From assembly GCF_030144855.1 (NCBI RefSeq), contig NC_082709.1, forward strand, positions 172,360,001 through 172,424,000: a stretch of 64,000 bases of DNA, read 5' to 3'. The DNA comes from Hypanus sabinus (Eukaryota). Within the stretch, counting starts at the first letter, position 1; each line of letters begins with the position of its first letter. The position numbers were made by a program, and so were the translations under genes. Shown piece after piece: positions 40,000 to 51,972 of this stretch. The notes beneath the pieces were generated by a model, which saw only the letters and a list, made by a program, of their open reading frames with translations, ran no database searches and was not told the DNA's origin.

Positions 40000-40445
40000 C
40001 ATTTGAAGAGTGTTGATGGCTCTGCGCCTATATTCACTGGAATTCAAAAGAATGAAGGGTGATCTAACTGAAACCTATCCAATGGTGAAAAGCCTTGACA
40101 GAGTGGATACGGAGAGGATGTATGGTGGGAGAGTCTAAGACCAGAGGACAGAGCCTCAGAATAGAGGAGCATTCATTTAGAATGGAGATGAGGAGGAAAT
40201 TCTTTAGCCAGAGAGTGGTGAATCTGTGGAATTCTTTGCCACAGGCAGCTATGGAGGCCGAGTCTTTATGTATATTTAAAGCAGAGGTTGATAGATTCTT
40301 GATTGGTCAGGGCATAAAGGGATACGGGAAGAAGGCAGGAGATTGGGGCTTAGCTAAAAAATGGATCAGCCATGATGAAATGGCGGAGGAGGCTTGGTAG
40401 GCCAAATGGCCCAATTCTGCTCTTATTATCTTATGGTCTTATGAT
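40000..40445 (+). mobile_element. Short CR1 3' fragment, representative of many
   Basis: KTRGQSLRI..FFSQRVVNLWNSLPQ. Similar fragments at ~4745-5000, 16000-16400, 25865-26560, 33455-33795, 44280-44670, 45600-45930, 46900-47390, 52060-52640, 56865-57490 and 61850-62133. Confidence 0.85.
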
Positions 40446-40804
40446 TTAAATAAATAAATAGAAAGCATTTGAATAGAAATGTATTCAGAACTGGAAGCAG
40501 TGAGACTGAGGAAAGGGTGCACAATGAAGGGAAGGGTGTCATTGTGCACCAGTAAACAGTTTAATTATATAAACATTATGTCAGTGGAAGAGAAAGTGAA
40601 AGCAATTGCAGTCAAAAACTGGAACATCTCCATCAGTTTAATACAGCTTGAAAGTGAGAAAATTATAGTCCTGTCTTTTCAGTCTTGCATGCTATGAGAA
40701 AGATTTTTTTTGATCACTGGAGATATAAGTAACCTAAACACAAAAAGGTAAAGAAATACTCATCAATCATTCCACTTCCATCCCCCTTGCCATTGAATCC
40801 ATAC

Positions 40805-41003
40805 CTGCTGCTGGGAGCCCAGAGATCACATTGGGCTGTTCTAGTAACTGGCAGTGGGGAGTCTCCTGCAGTGCATTTGTCTTCAAGGCTCGAAGGAATG
40901 GTACAGGGATGCTTGGAATGGACTTGGATGATTTATATTCAGTAACGGATGAACATGACAGAACTATCACATTTAGGCTCCTTTTCTGGACATTTTCAAA
41001 AAC
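40805..41003 (-). CDS. PSMG1: PSMG1 exon 5 (VFENVQKRSLNV...PFLRALKT...LLEQPNVISGLPAA)
   Basis: ttacAG acceptor, GTATG donor, 199 nt. Conserved PFLRALKT and LLEQPN..LPAA motifs. Lies within ORF 40767..41078. Confidence 0.97.
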
Positions 41004-41420
41004 CTGTAATGAGAAGCAGAAAAAAATGTTTCTTTCCCTGAGTAACAGACACAGCAAAAACAAACAACAAGACTGCACTCTCTTACACCAATTAGCACGT
41101 CTCCTGTAATGGTTAGAGAGCTTGGACCATTTGATTACCTTGAAAACACTCAGCTGAGTGTGTGACTACACCTCCGTGTCCACACAACCTTCGTTCCTTT
41201 ATTCCATGTTCACTGTTCTCCCCGATCAGGTTCCTTCTTCAGCCCTCTACAGTTAACACCTAGCACCTCCCAACTTCTCACTATTTGTGTGTGGTTGTTA
41301 TTACTAACACAAGCTCCCTTGCATGCCTTTTTTATGTGGTGTCCAAGTTCTCAGCTGCTCACAGTGGTTTCTGACCACTTCCTCTGGGTCTACGATTACT
41401 ACAGATGGCAGGGTGGAGAA

Positions 41421-43593
41421 ACAATAGACAAGAGACAGTAGGTGCAGGAGTAGGCCATTCGGCCCTGCTAGCCAGCACTGCCATTCATTGTGATCATGGC
41501 TGATCATACACAATCAGTACCCCGTTCCTGCCCTCTCCCCATATCCCTTGACCCCGCTATCTATAAGAGCTCTATCTAACTCTCTCTTGAATGCATCCAG
41601 AGACTTGGCCTCCACTGCCTTCTGGGGCAGAGCATTCCACATATCCACCACTCTCTGGGTGAAAAAGTTTTTCCGCATCTCTGTTCTAAATGGCCTACCC
41701 CTTATTCTTAAACTGTGGCCTTTAGTTCTGGACTCACCCTTCAGTGGGAACATGCTTCCTGCCTCCAGTGTGTCCAATCCCTTAATAATCTTACATGTTT
41801 CAATCAGATCCCCTCTCATCCTTCTAAATTCCAGTGTATACAAGCCCAGTTGCTCCAATCTTTCAACATATGACAGTCCCACCATTCCAGGAATTAACCT
41901 CGTGAACCTACGCTGCACTCCCTCAATAGCAAGAATGTCCTTCCTCAAATTTGGAGACCAAAACTGCACACAATACTCCAGGTGGGGTCTCACCAGGGCC
42001 CTGTACAGCTGCAGAAGGACCTCTTTACTCCTATACTCAATTCCTCTTGTTATAAAAGCCAGCATGCCATTAGCTTTCTTCACTGCCTGCTGTACCTGCA
42101 TGCTTGCTTTCCTTGACTGATGTCAAGAACACCTAGATCTCATTGTACTTCCCCTTTTCCTAACTTGACTCCATTTAGATAGTAATCTGCCTTCCTGTTC
42201 TTGCCACCAAAGTGGATAACCTCACATTTATCCACATTAAACTGCATCTGCCATACATTTGCCCACTCACCCAACCTGTCCAAGTCACCATGCATTCTCA
42301 TAACATCCTCCTCACATTTCACACTGCCACCCAGCTTTGTCATCAGCAAATTTGCTAATGTTACTTTTAATCCCTTCATCCAAATCATTAATGTATATTG
42401 TAAACAGCTGCGGTCCCAGCACCGAACCTTGTGGTACCCCACTGGTCACAGCCTGCCATTCCGAAAGGGACCCGTTAATCACTACTCTTTGTTTCCTGTC
42501 AGCCAGCCAATTTTCAATCCATGTCAGTACTCTGCCCCCAATACCATGTGCCCTAATTTTGCCCTCTAATCTCCTATATGGGACTTTATCAAAAGCTTTC
42601 TGGAAGTCCAGGTACACTACATCCACTGGCTCTTCCTTGTCCATTTTCAGTTACATCCTCAAAAAACTCCAAAAGATTAGTCAAGCATGATTTTCCCTTC
42701 ATAAGACAATGCTGACTCAGACTGATCCTTCTACTGCTATTCAAATGTGTCATAATTTCCTCTTTTATAATTGACTCCAGCATCTTTTCCACCACTGACG
42801 TCAGGCTAACCGTTCTATAATTCCCTGTTTTCTCTCTCCCTCCTTTCTTGAAAAGTGGGACAACATTAGCCACCCTCCAATCAGCAGGAACTATTCCTGA
42901 ATCTATAGAACATTGGAAAATGATTACCAATGCGTCCACAATTTCTAGAGCCACCTCTTTAAGTACCCTGGGATGTAGACCATCAGGTCCTGGGGGACTT
43001 ATCAGCCTTCAGACTCAACAGTCTATCCAACACCAGATCCAAAGTACCTGTTCAACTCATCTGCCATTTCCTTGTTCCCCATAATAAATTCACCCGTTTC
43101 TGTCTTCAATGGCCCAATTTTGGTCTTAACTATTGTTTTGCTATTCACATACCTAAAGCAGCTTTTACTATCCTCCTTTATATTCTTGGCTAGTTTACCT
43201 TCGTACCTCATTTTTTCTTGGCGTATTACTTTTTGTGTTACCTTCTGTTGCTCTTTAAAAGCTTCCCAGTCCTCAGGTTTCCTGCTCATCTTTGCTATGT
43301 TATACTTCTTCTCTTTTATTTTTATACTGCCCTTTACTTCCCTCATCAGCCACGGCCGCCCCTTACTCCCCTTAGGATCTTTCTTCCTCTTTGGAATGAA
43401 CCGATCCTGCACCTTCTGCATTATTCCCAGAAATACCTGCCATTTTTGTTCCACTGTCTTCCCTGCTAGGGTATTGTTCCATTGAACTTTGGCCAGCAAC
43501 TCCCTCATAGCTCCATAGTTCCCTTTGTTCAACTGTAATACTGACACATCCGACTTTCCCTTCTCCTTCTCAAATCGTAGATTAAAACATATC
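41421..43593 (-). mobile_element. CR1 LINE, 5'-truncated (~2.2 kb), in PSMG1 intron 4
   Basis: ORFs 43023..43547, 42589..42954, 42312..42644, 42140..42442 and 41514..42101 tile CR1 ORF2 ([25 protein letters not shown]). Confidence 0.95.
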
Positions 43594-43618
43594 GTCTCTA
43601 GAGATATTGTATCTCATA

Positions 43619-43946
43619 GAGATACGTCTCTACCAAAGTGGGTGTAAGGCACTCCTTCCCTCCACTGGCCTGCAGGTCAAGATGTAACACCTGTTTAGCA
43701 CCCTGATCATATTCACGTGAAACCATGGGAGCAGGTAGCAGATGGTTGTATGAGCAGCTAGTCCATATCACAAGTCCTGGTTATGCGACCACTGACGCCA
43801 GGCAATCTCTGAAGAGTACTGATTGATAATGGCTGGAATCACCCATCTTGTAAAGACACTGCCCAGAGAAAGGCAACGGCAAACCACTTCTGTAGAAAAA
43901 TTTGCCAGAAACATTTATGGTCATACGACACGGAACGTAACGATGA
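43619..43946 (+). mobile_element. RTE-related non-autonomous element, probably continuing from ~41330-41419 on the other side of the CR1
   Basis: RTE-like 3' end ggcaacggcaaaccacttctgtag..ttgcc..atacgacacgg. Confidence 0.55.
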
Positions 43947-44105
43947 GGGTTACTAATCCACTACAGTAATCTCTGAATGCCAACACTTCCTTGTCTGTGG
44001 GCAAATAAGGGTTCAACCAATAAGCCTTTGCCTACGAATGAGACGCAGAACCCACAATAACACAGGTGTAACACTGACCGGACTGGACTGTAGAAGAGCA
44101 CGTAC

Positions 44106-44168
44106 CTTCTCAGCCCACTGGAAAAGCTGATCCTCAGCCACGTAGCAACTGCAATGGCAAGTCAGAAT
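44106..44168 (-). CDS. PSMG1: PSMG1 exon 4 (ILTCHCSCYVAEDQLFQWAEK)
   Basis: ctgcAG acceptor, GTACG donor, 63 nt, phase 0. Aligns with human VFLCQCSCYVAEDQQYQWLEK. Confidence 0.96.
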
Positions 44169-46396
44169 CTGCAGTTACAGAAACAGATTGCATGATGAAC
44201 AAACACAACACTAAAAGGGAAACGACCTGCATTGTTACAGAATATTTTCTGGCATTAGAGTGTTCTACTCTACTTCCAATGAGTATTGTGTTCAGTTCTG
44301 TTCACCTCATTACAGGAAGGAAGTGAAAGCTTTGGAGAGGGTGCAGAAATTTACCAGGGTGCTGCCTGGATTAGAGAGCATGTCCTGTGAGGATAGGTTA
44401 GAGAGAGCTACACAAGAGGGTGAGAGGTGTATATATAGCGGTGAGCCAGACATTTTTTCCACAGGGCAACAATGGCTAATACAAGGGTCACAACTTTAAG
44501 GTGATTTTTAGAAAGTATAGGAACATTTAAGAAACTTTTCAATAGGTACATGGATGAAAGAAAAATGGTGGGCTATGTGGGAGGGAAGAGTTAGATTGAT
44601 CTTCAAGTAGGTTAAAGGGCGAGCACAACATGGGCCAAAGAGTCTGTACTATGCTGTACTATTTTATGTTCTACTTTACTACTAATGAAGCAGTTTTAAA
44701 GTTTAGTGTCTGCTGTAGGTGCAAAAAGTTACATCAGCACTTGGGGAGCATTAGCCTTCATAAGTAAAGTTGTGCAAAATCTAACTTAACAATCAGCGAT
44801 ACTTACAATCAAAACAGATGCTTATGATGATGAGAATTCTAATTCTGTAAAATCCAGAAAAATTAGGCCCCAAGCATGTCTTTGAGCAAATTACAACTTC
44901 ATACACAGCATTAACTCTCCTCCCATCTACTAATGGGGCTTTGATACGTATAAAGAGCAAAATAAGATGGTGGTGAATCTGTAAAGTTCATTGCCACAGA
45001 TAGCTGTGGGGACCAAGTCATTGATTAGAAAAGGTGTCAAAGGTTGTGGGAAGAAGGCAGGAGAATGCAGGATAAATCAGCCATGATCAAATGGAGGAAG
45101 AGACTCAATGGGCTGAATGGCCCAGCTTTGCTCCTACGTGTCACTGTCCTGTGGTCAAAAACAATGCCAAAGCATTTCACTTCGCACTTTCTGTAGCTTG
45201 GTTTAATCAACTTTCCCTCAGAGCTGATTTTTTGGGTTAGGAAACAGCACTAAATTTAGTCAAAAATCAATCAACTCATCACCCAATATACAGCCATCAA
45301 TAGCTTTCACTCAGAGAAAGACATACAGTCAGGAAGACATCACGACACATCAAATGAAAGAGCAATCTTTCAAGAGGGATTCTGCGTATAACACCCTTTG
45401 ACCTAGTCACTCCTCTGTTTCCATTCCAAATGGGATTAATATGGATGGCTGCTTGATGTCTGGCGTAGGCAGGATGGGATGAAGGGCCTATGCCAGTGCT
45501 CTGTGACTCTGTGACACTCATTACCTGCTGAAAAGTGCACAATTCACTGGCAAACAAGATGGGGCCACTTGTAGATCTCAGCTTTCCTGCCCACAGTTTA
45601 TACCACCATACAAAATCATGAGGGGTTTATTTCGGCCACAGCCTTTCTCCCAGGGTAGGGAAGTCTAAAACTAGAGAACAGAGACTTAAGGTGAGTAGGG
45701 AAAAACTTAAAAGGGTCCTGAGGGGCAACATCTTTCACACAGTAGGTGGTGGCCATACGGCTCGAGCTGCTATTGGAAGTTATAGAGTGGGGGTAAAATT
45801 ACAAGGTTGAAAAGACATTTGGACAGTTACCTGTATAGAAAAGGGCTATAAGGCAAATGGGACTAGCTCAGGTAAACACTTGGGTCAGAATGAATGAATT
45901 GGACCCAATTGCCTACTGTAAGGCTTTATGGCTGTCCATCTGTCTCACTGTCATGGTCCACATCACCCCATTACACTTTGAGCTAGTTTTCTACATTCAG
46001 TCTCATATCGCCAATGAACATCATCAGTCTCAAACATCAACAGCTCCTCCATCTCCAGACGCTGACTGACCTGCTAAATATTTCAGCATTTTATTTCAGA
46101 TCTGGATTCTGTTATATTTCACAGCCTCAGATCCTGGGTTGTCATGTGAAAGATGAACTGGTACACTACTTACAATATTTTGCAAAACTCAATCTTACTA
46201 GTAAATTTACTCAGACTGACAGATATTCAAAGCAACTTATTAAGTCTGTGAAGGTCAGGACGCTGTAGGGGTTGAGAGTCCACCTTCTAAGTTTAGAGAG
46301 CTACGACATTGTCTCAGGACAGAGTAGAGACCTTCTGGGTCTGAAAGCCTGGGAGGTGCCAATGTCCTTCTTATACCTAATCACAAGGCAACTCAC

Positions 46397-46551
46397 TGAT
46401 GGGTTGGATGTCAGTCGGTAGAGAAGGCATGATGAATCTGATGGAAACTGCTTATCCACAGGATCTGTTCTTGTACTTCGCTCGTTCCATAATCTAACAG
46501 CTCCGATGATCTCCCAACTCCCACTGCACTGTACGAAAGAGTTCAGAAACC
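46397..46551 (-). CDS. PSMG1: PSMG1 exon 3 (FLNSFVQCSGSWEIIGAVRLWNERST...LYRLTSNPS)
   Basis: tttatttaatAG acceptor, GTGAGT donor, 155 nt, phase 1 to 0. Aligns with human FLSSFV..WEEVG..LWNEW..FYHLKSNPS. Confidence 0.95.
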
Positions 46552-48286
46552 CTATTAAATAAACACAAAGAGTGCACAGTCAATAATGTAAAACTACAGC
46601 AAACCAACAGGCTCAGGACTTTACAGGTCCTGTACAAACAGATTCTCCAGGCCGTAAGTCCTGTGCAGACCACAACATTTAAAAATTTTTTTTTTACACA
46701 ATTGTAGTTCAAAGTGAATGTGGTGTGTGCATAAAGTGCAGAAATAGAACCCAGTCAATGTAAATAAAGCACAGGAACTAGGGCCCTGAGTTGGAACTGG
46801 GGCTTATTGTTGTATTCTGTGTTGTTCTGCCGAGCCTGGTGGCAATGCTATGTTGGTGCCAGGCTGCCCCCTAGGTTCTGCTGGCTGCTAATGCAAATAC
46901 TCACAGTCACATAGAAAGAGGCCCCTCAGCCCATGCCAAGCAGTTAATCTGCCTTCTCCCATCAAGCTGCACCAAGAACGTAGTCCCCCATACCCCTACC
47001 ACCCATGCACCTAACATCTCTTGAATGTTGAAATCGAGCTCGCATGACCAACTTACACTGGTAGTTCATTAAATATTCTCACGACCCTCTGCGTAAAGAA
47101 GTTTCCCCTCATATTCCTCTTAAACTTTTCACCTTTCACCCTTAACCCATGACTTCTGGTTGCAGTTCCACCCAATGTCAGTGGAAAAGCCTGCTTACAC
47201 TTACCCTATCTATACCCTTCAAAATTTTGTATAACTCTATCAAATCTTCTCTCGATCTTTTACATTCCAAAGAATAAGTCCTAACTTATTCAATCTTTCC
47301 ATATAACTCAGCTCCTCCAGACCCGACAAATTGTAAATTTTCTCTGTACTCTTTCAACCTTATTTACAGCTTTCCTGAAGGTAGGTGACCATTTCACTTT
47401 ATGTTTCAATGTCCCTTTGATAAATAGACCTGATTTCGTAATCATTGTCCTAGACTTTCCTTCAGGATCAACATCCATTATGGACAATTCGAATGGAAGT
47501 ATAGGTGGTCTGATTAGCGGGTCTTCAGATGACAAAAATTGCTGGAACTTAAGGTAAAGAAGAAGGTTGTCGAAGGATACAGCAAGATATCGATTAGTTG
47601 GAAATTTGGACAGAAATGGCAGAGTTTGATCTGGAAAAGTGAGGTGATCCACTGCAAAATGTATTAAGGGTGATATAGTAGACATATTTGATACTTGTCC
47701 TCACTAGGCATAGATGGACACCAGATTAGATAGATTATTCAACATGCACAAGAGGTTCACCAGGATGTTCTGTTTTGGAATGTATTAGCAATGGGAAAAT
47801 TGGAAACACTTGGAATTTTTTTCTGGAACATGGGAAGAGGGCAACCTGGATGCCCATCTACCTGGATCTTGTGCAGGTAGATGGGATTAGTTTAGGTTGG
47901 TTCATGTCTACACTGACCATGATGCCAAAGAACCTGCTCTGACCAGGGATATAACCCTAGCACAAAATAAAATCCTGTCAAATTTTATTGAGACTGCATG
48001 GAATAGGCCACTCCAACCATTTGAGCTACACAACAAGCATCCCTAATTTAACCCTAGCTTAATCACAGGATAATTTACAATGTCCAATTAACCTACTAAT
48101 CAGTGAGAGGAGACTGGAGTACCTGGAGAAAACCAATGCATTCCACAGGGAGGACGCACGGACGCACAGATGCACCTGGAATTGAACTCCGTACTCCCGA
48201 TACCCAGAGCTGTAATAGAATCATGCTAACTACTATGCTACTGTGGCAGTAAATTATGCCTTTAAATGTAACGGTCAGGACAGATA

Positions 48287-48813
48287 CAAGTGGCCCCCCG
48301 CTTTACGCAAGTTCACTTTACGCCACTTCGCTTTTACAAAAGACTTACATTAGTTCCTGTTTTTGCTAACCATAAGAAATCCAAAGAGGATTTTTGCTTT
48401 TACGAAAAAAGGCACCCGCTTTAAATCTGTGTTTACCCCAAGAAAGATTACCACGACCGTGAAGCCTTGTGCGGCCGGGTGTGTGCGCATGCATGTACAT
48501 GCCGATATTTTTCTACAAATCGGTTTTGACTAAATCTTCACAATTCTCACAATCACAGTATGCACACTGTGCATACATTATTTCTATTTTATATAGGCTG
48601 TGTATTTATCATATCATTCCTGCTTTATATATGTTAGTGTTATTTTAGGTTTTAGGTCTATTTGGTTTGATTTGGTAGGTTATGTTTTGGATCTGGGACC
48701 CTCAAAAATTTTTCCCATGTAAATTAATGGTAATTGCTTCTTCACTTTACGCCATTTCAGCTTATGAAAGGTTTCATAGGAGCACTCTACTTACAGATAG
48801 CGGGGGAATCCTG
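48287..48813. mobile_element. Tigger/pogo-like MITE
   Basis: TA-flanked imperfect TIRs caagtggccccccgct / agcgggggaatcctg, with subterminal ctttacgcca repeats. Confidence 0.7.
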
Positions 48814-48828
48814 TATTGCAATTATTTA

Positions 48829-50934
48829 AAAAACACAAAATGCTGGCAGAACTCAGCAGGCCAGACAGCATCTACGGGAGGAGGTAGTGATGACGTTTCA
48901 GGCCGAAACCCTTCATCAGGAGTGAAGTAACATGGGATGGTCGAGGGGGATAAGAAGTGGGGGGAGGGATGAAGTAGAGAGCTGGGAAGTGATAGGCTGA
49001 AGGGAAATGGGCTAGGTTGGAAGGTGGAGAATTATGGGAAATAAAAGAGAAAGAAAGGTAGGGCTGGGGGGAGATTGTAGTGAGGGGGGAAAAGAGAGAG
49101 AAAGAGAACCCTTGTTCAATCCCTTCCCACCTATGTCCATGATACTTCCCATGCTTTACATCTCTTCAAAGATTTCAAGTTCCCTGGCCCCCACCGCCTC
49201 ATTTTCACCATGGACGTCCATTCCCTATATACCTCTATCCCCCACCAGGAAGGTCTCCAAGCTCTCCGTTTCTTCCTGGATTCCAGACCCAGCCAATCAC
49301 CCTCTACCACCACTCTTCTCCGCCTTGCGGAATTAGTCCTCACCCTTAACAATTTCTCCTTTGGCTCCTCCCACTTCCTCCAAACTAAAGGTGTAGCCAT
49401 GGGCACCTGCATGGGTCCTAGCTATGTCTGCCTTCTTGACGGCCATGTGGAGCAATCTATGTCCCAAGCCTACACCGGTATCTGTCCTCCTCTTTTCTTA
49501 TATTATATCGACGACTGCATCAGCGCTGCTTCCTGCACACATGCTGAGCTCATTGACTTCATTAACTTTGCCTCCAACTTTCTCCCCGCCCTCAGATTCA
49601 CCTGGTCTATTTCTGACACCTCCCTCCCTTTCTAGATCTTTCTGTTTCTAGCTCTGGAGACAGCCTATCCACCAATATCTACTATAAGCCTACAGACTCT
49701 CACAGCTACCTAGACTATTCCTCCTCCCACCCTGTCTCCTGTAAAAATGCTATCCCTTTCTCTCAGTTCCTCTGCCTCATCTGCTCTCAGGATGAGGCCT
49801 TTCATTCTAGGACAAAGGAGATGTCTTCCATTTTTAAAGAAAGGGGCTTCCCTTCGTCCACTATCAACTCTGCCCACCATCGCGTCTCCCATATTTCACT
49901 CACCTCTGCCCTCACCCCATCCCCCCGTCAGCCCATCAGCGATAGAGTCCCCCTGGTCCTCACCTATCACCCTACCAGCCTACAGATCCAACATATAATC
50001 CTCCGTAACTTCTGCCACCTCCTATGGGATCCCACCACCAGCCACATCTTCCCCTCCCCCCACTCTCGGCTTTCCGCAGGGATCGCTCCCTACCTGACTC
50101 TCTTGTCCATTCATCCCCCCCATCCCTCCCCATGGACCTCCCTCCAGGCACTCATCCCTGCAAACGGAAGAAGTGCTACACCTGCCCCCACACTTCTTCC
50201 CTCACCACCATCCCAGGCCCCAGACAGTCCTTTCAGGTGAGACACCACTTCACCTGCGAGTCAACTGGGGTGATATACTGTATCCGGTGCTCCCGATGTG
50301 GCCATTTATACATTGGGGAGACCCGCCGCAGACTGGGAGACTGTTTCGCCGAACACCGGCGCTCAGTCCTCCAGCAGTGGCGGGATCTCCCTGTGGCCAC
50401 ACCCTTCAATTCCACAGACCACTCCCACTCCGACATGTCTGTCCATGGCCTCCTCTACCGTCAAGATGAGGCCACACGCAGGTCGATGGAGCAATACCTT
50501 ATCTCCCGCCTAGGTAGCCTCCTTCCTGCCGGCATGAACATCCAACTCACTGACCTCCGTTGATACCCCTGCACCCCCCCTTACCCCATCCCTATCTATT
50601 ATTTTAGTCTGGTTCTCTTTCTCTTCCCCCACCCCCCCCACTACAATCTCCCAACAGCCCTACCTTTCTTTCTCGTTTATTTCCCATAATTCTCCACCTT
50701 CCCCCTAGCCCATTTCCCTTCAGCCTATCACTTCCCAGCTCTCTACTTTATCCCTCCCTCTACTTCTTATCCCCCCTCGACCATCCCATGTTACTTCACT
50801 CCTGATGAAGGGTTTCGGCCCGAAACATCGTCACTACCTCCTCCCATAGATGCTGTCTGGCCTGCTGAGTTCTGCCAGCATTTTGTGTTTTTATTTATTT
50901 CCAGCATCTGCAGATTCACTCATGTTGCCTTTGA
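48829..50934 (+). mobile_element. Penelope-like element (Neptune-type), 5'-truncated, RT plus GIY-YIG endonuclease, with inverted 5' pLTR
   Basis: RT motifs MDVHSLYTSI, GVAMG..GPSY and YIDD (49210-49635). CKRKKCYTC linker and GVIY..CSRC..YIGET (50024-50563), frameshifted. 48832-49109 is an inverted copy of ~50610-50890. TSD attgcaat(t/c)attta at 48815-48828 and 50935-50948. Confidence 0.93.
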
Positions 50935-51067
50935 ATTGCAATCATTTATTTGTGTACTTATGGTCATTTAAAAGTAAAAATGCACATTAAATTATTTATT
51001 ATTTATATGTAGCAAATGCTTTTAATGGCACTTGGAGAACAAAGCCATGTCATCATCAAACGGCTAA

Positions 51068-51972
51068 GGCTATGTCCACACTACGCCGCATAAATCTGTA
51101 ACCGAAGCTTTCTCTCTTCATTTTTACCCCCTGTCCACACTAAAACGGCGTTTTCGTCCCCCAAAACCAGAGAATTTCAGAAACACTTTCCAGAGTGGGT
51201 ATTTTTGAAAATGCTGCTCGGGCAGATCAGTGTGGATGGGGTAACCGGAGAAATCTGAAAACACTGTCAGACGGCAGCGCGCCATTTCATTGTTTTCCTG
51301 AACGCAACCCCCCGCACAATCTAACAATTTCAGAACAGACGGCAAACAGACTGACGCCAGAAGAGTTAGAAATGTTCTCACCAAATACTTTGACCCATAA
51401 CTTACTGAATAAATAAGTATACTATACTCACTTTGCCCTGTTTTCTGTCCTTGCTCATAAGAAGGTGGCTTACCTATTTATGCAAGTACTTCTCTGACAA
51501 TAGATGTGTTACCGCCTAATGTAACATTGTATGGAAATACACGATAATACTGATGCAGGCATGTTTTATACATTTAACAAGGGGCTTTATTAATGCAACA
51601 GAGTTAGTCAGTTTTTCAATGTTCGTCGTCAGCCAGGTCAATTTGTCCGTGAACTCCCTGTCGGTTGCCTCCGTACGCTCCAGTATTTTTTTACTTTTAA
51701 GTTCTCCCACGCGAGAGCCAACAGCTGTCCATCGTTTTAAGTTTTTCTAGTCTGTAACTACACAAACGCGCACTTTCACAGCGAGATTCGACACTAAACA
51801 TGTCGCTTGTTTTTGGTAGATGTGCCCTGCGCGTGCCCAGTAGGAGGAGATTCGCTGAAATCTCCGTTTCAAAGTGGATAGAGATATTTTTAAAAACGCC
51901 TAGTGTGGAGGCCTATCGTTTTTACGTGAAACCGGCATTTTCAAAATTATTCGGTCTAGTGTGGATGTAGCC
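51068..51972. mobile_element. PIF/Harbinger non-autonomous DNA transposon
   Basis: TIRs GGCTATGTCCACACTA / TAGTGTGGATGTAGCC, TAA target duplication on both sides, subterminal TCCACAC repeats. Confidence 0.9.

Noticed and set aside
41548-42120. 190-aa plus-strand ORF (similar ones at 15434 and 22619)
   Set aside because: Antisense shadow frames of CR1 ORF2.
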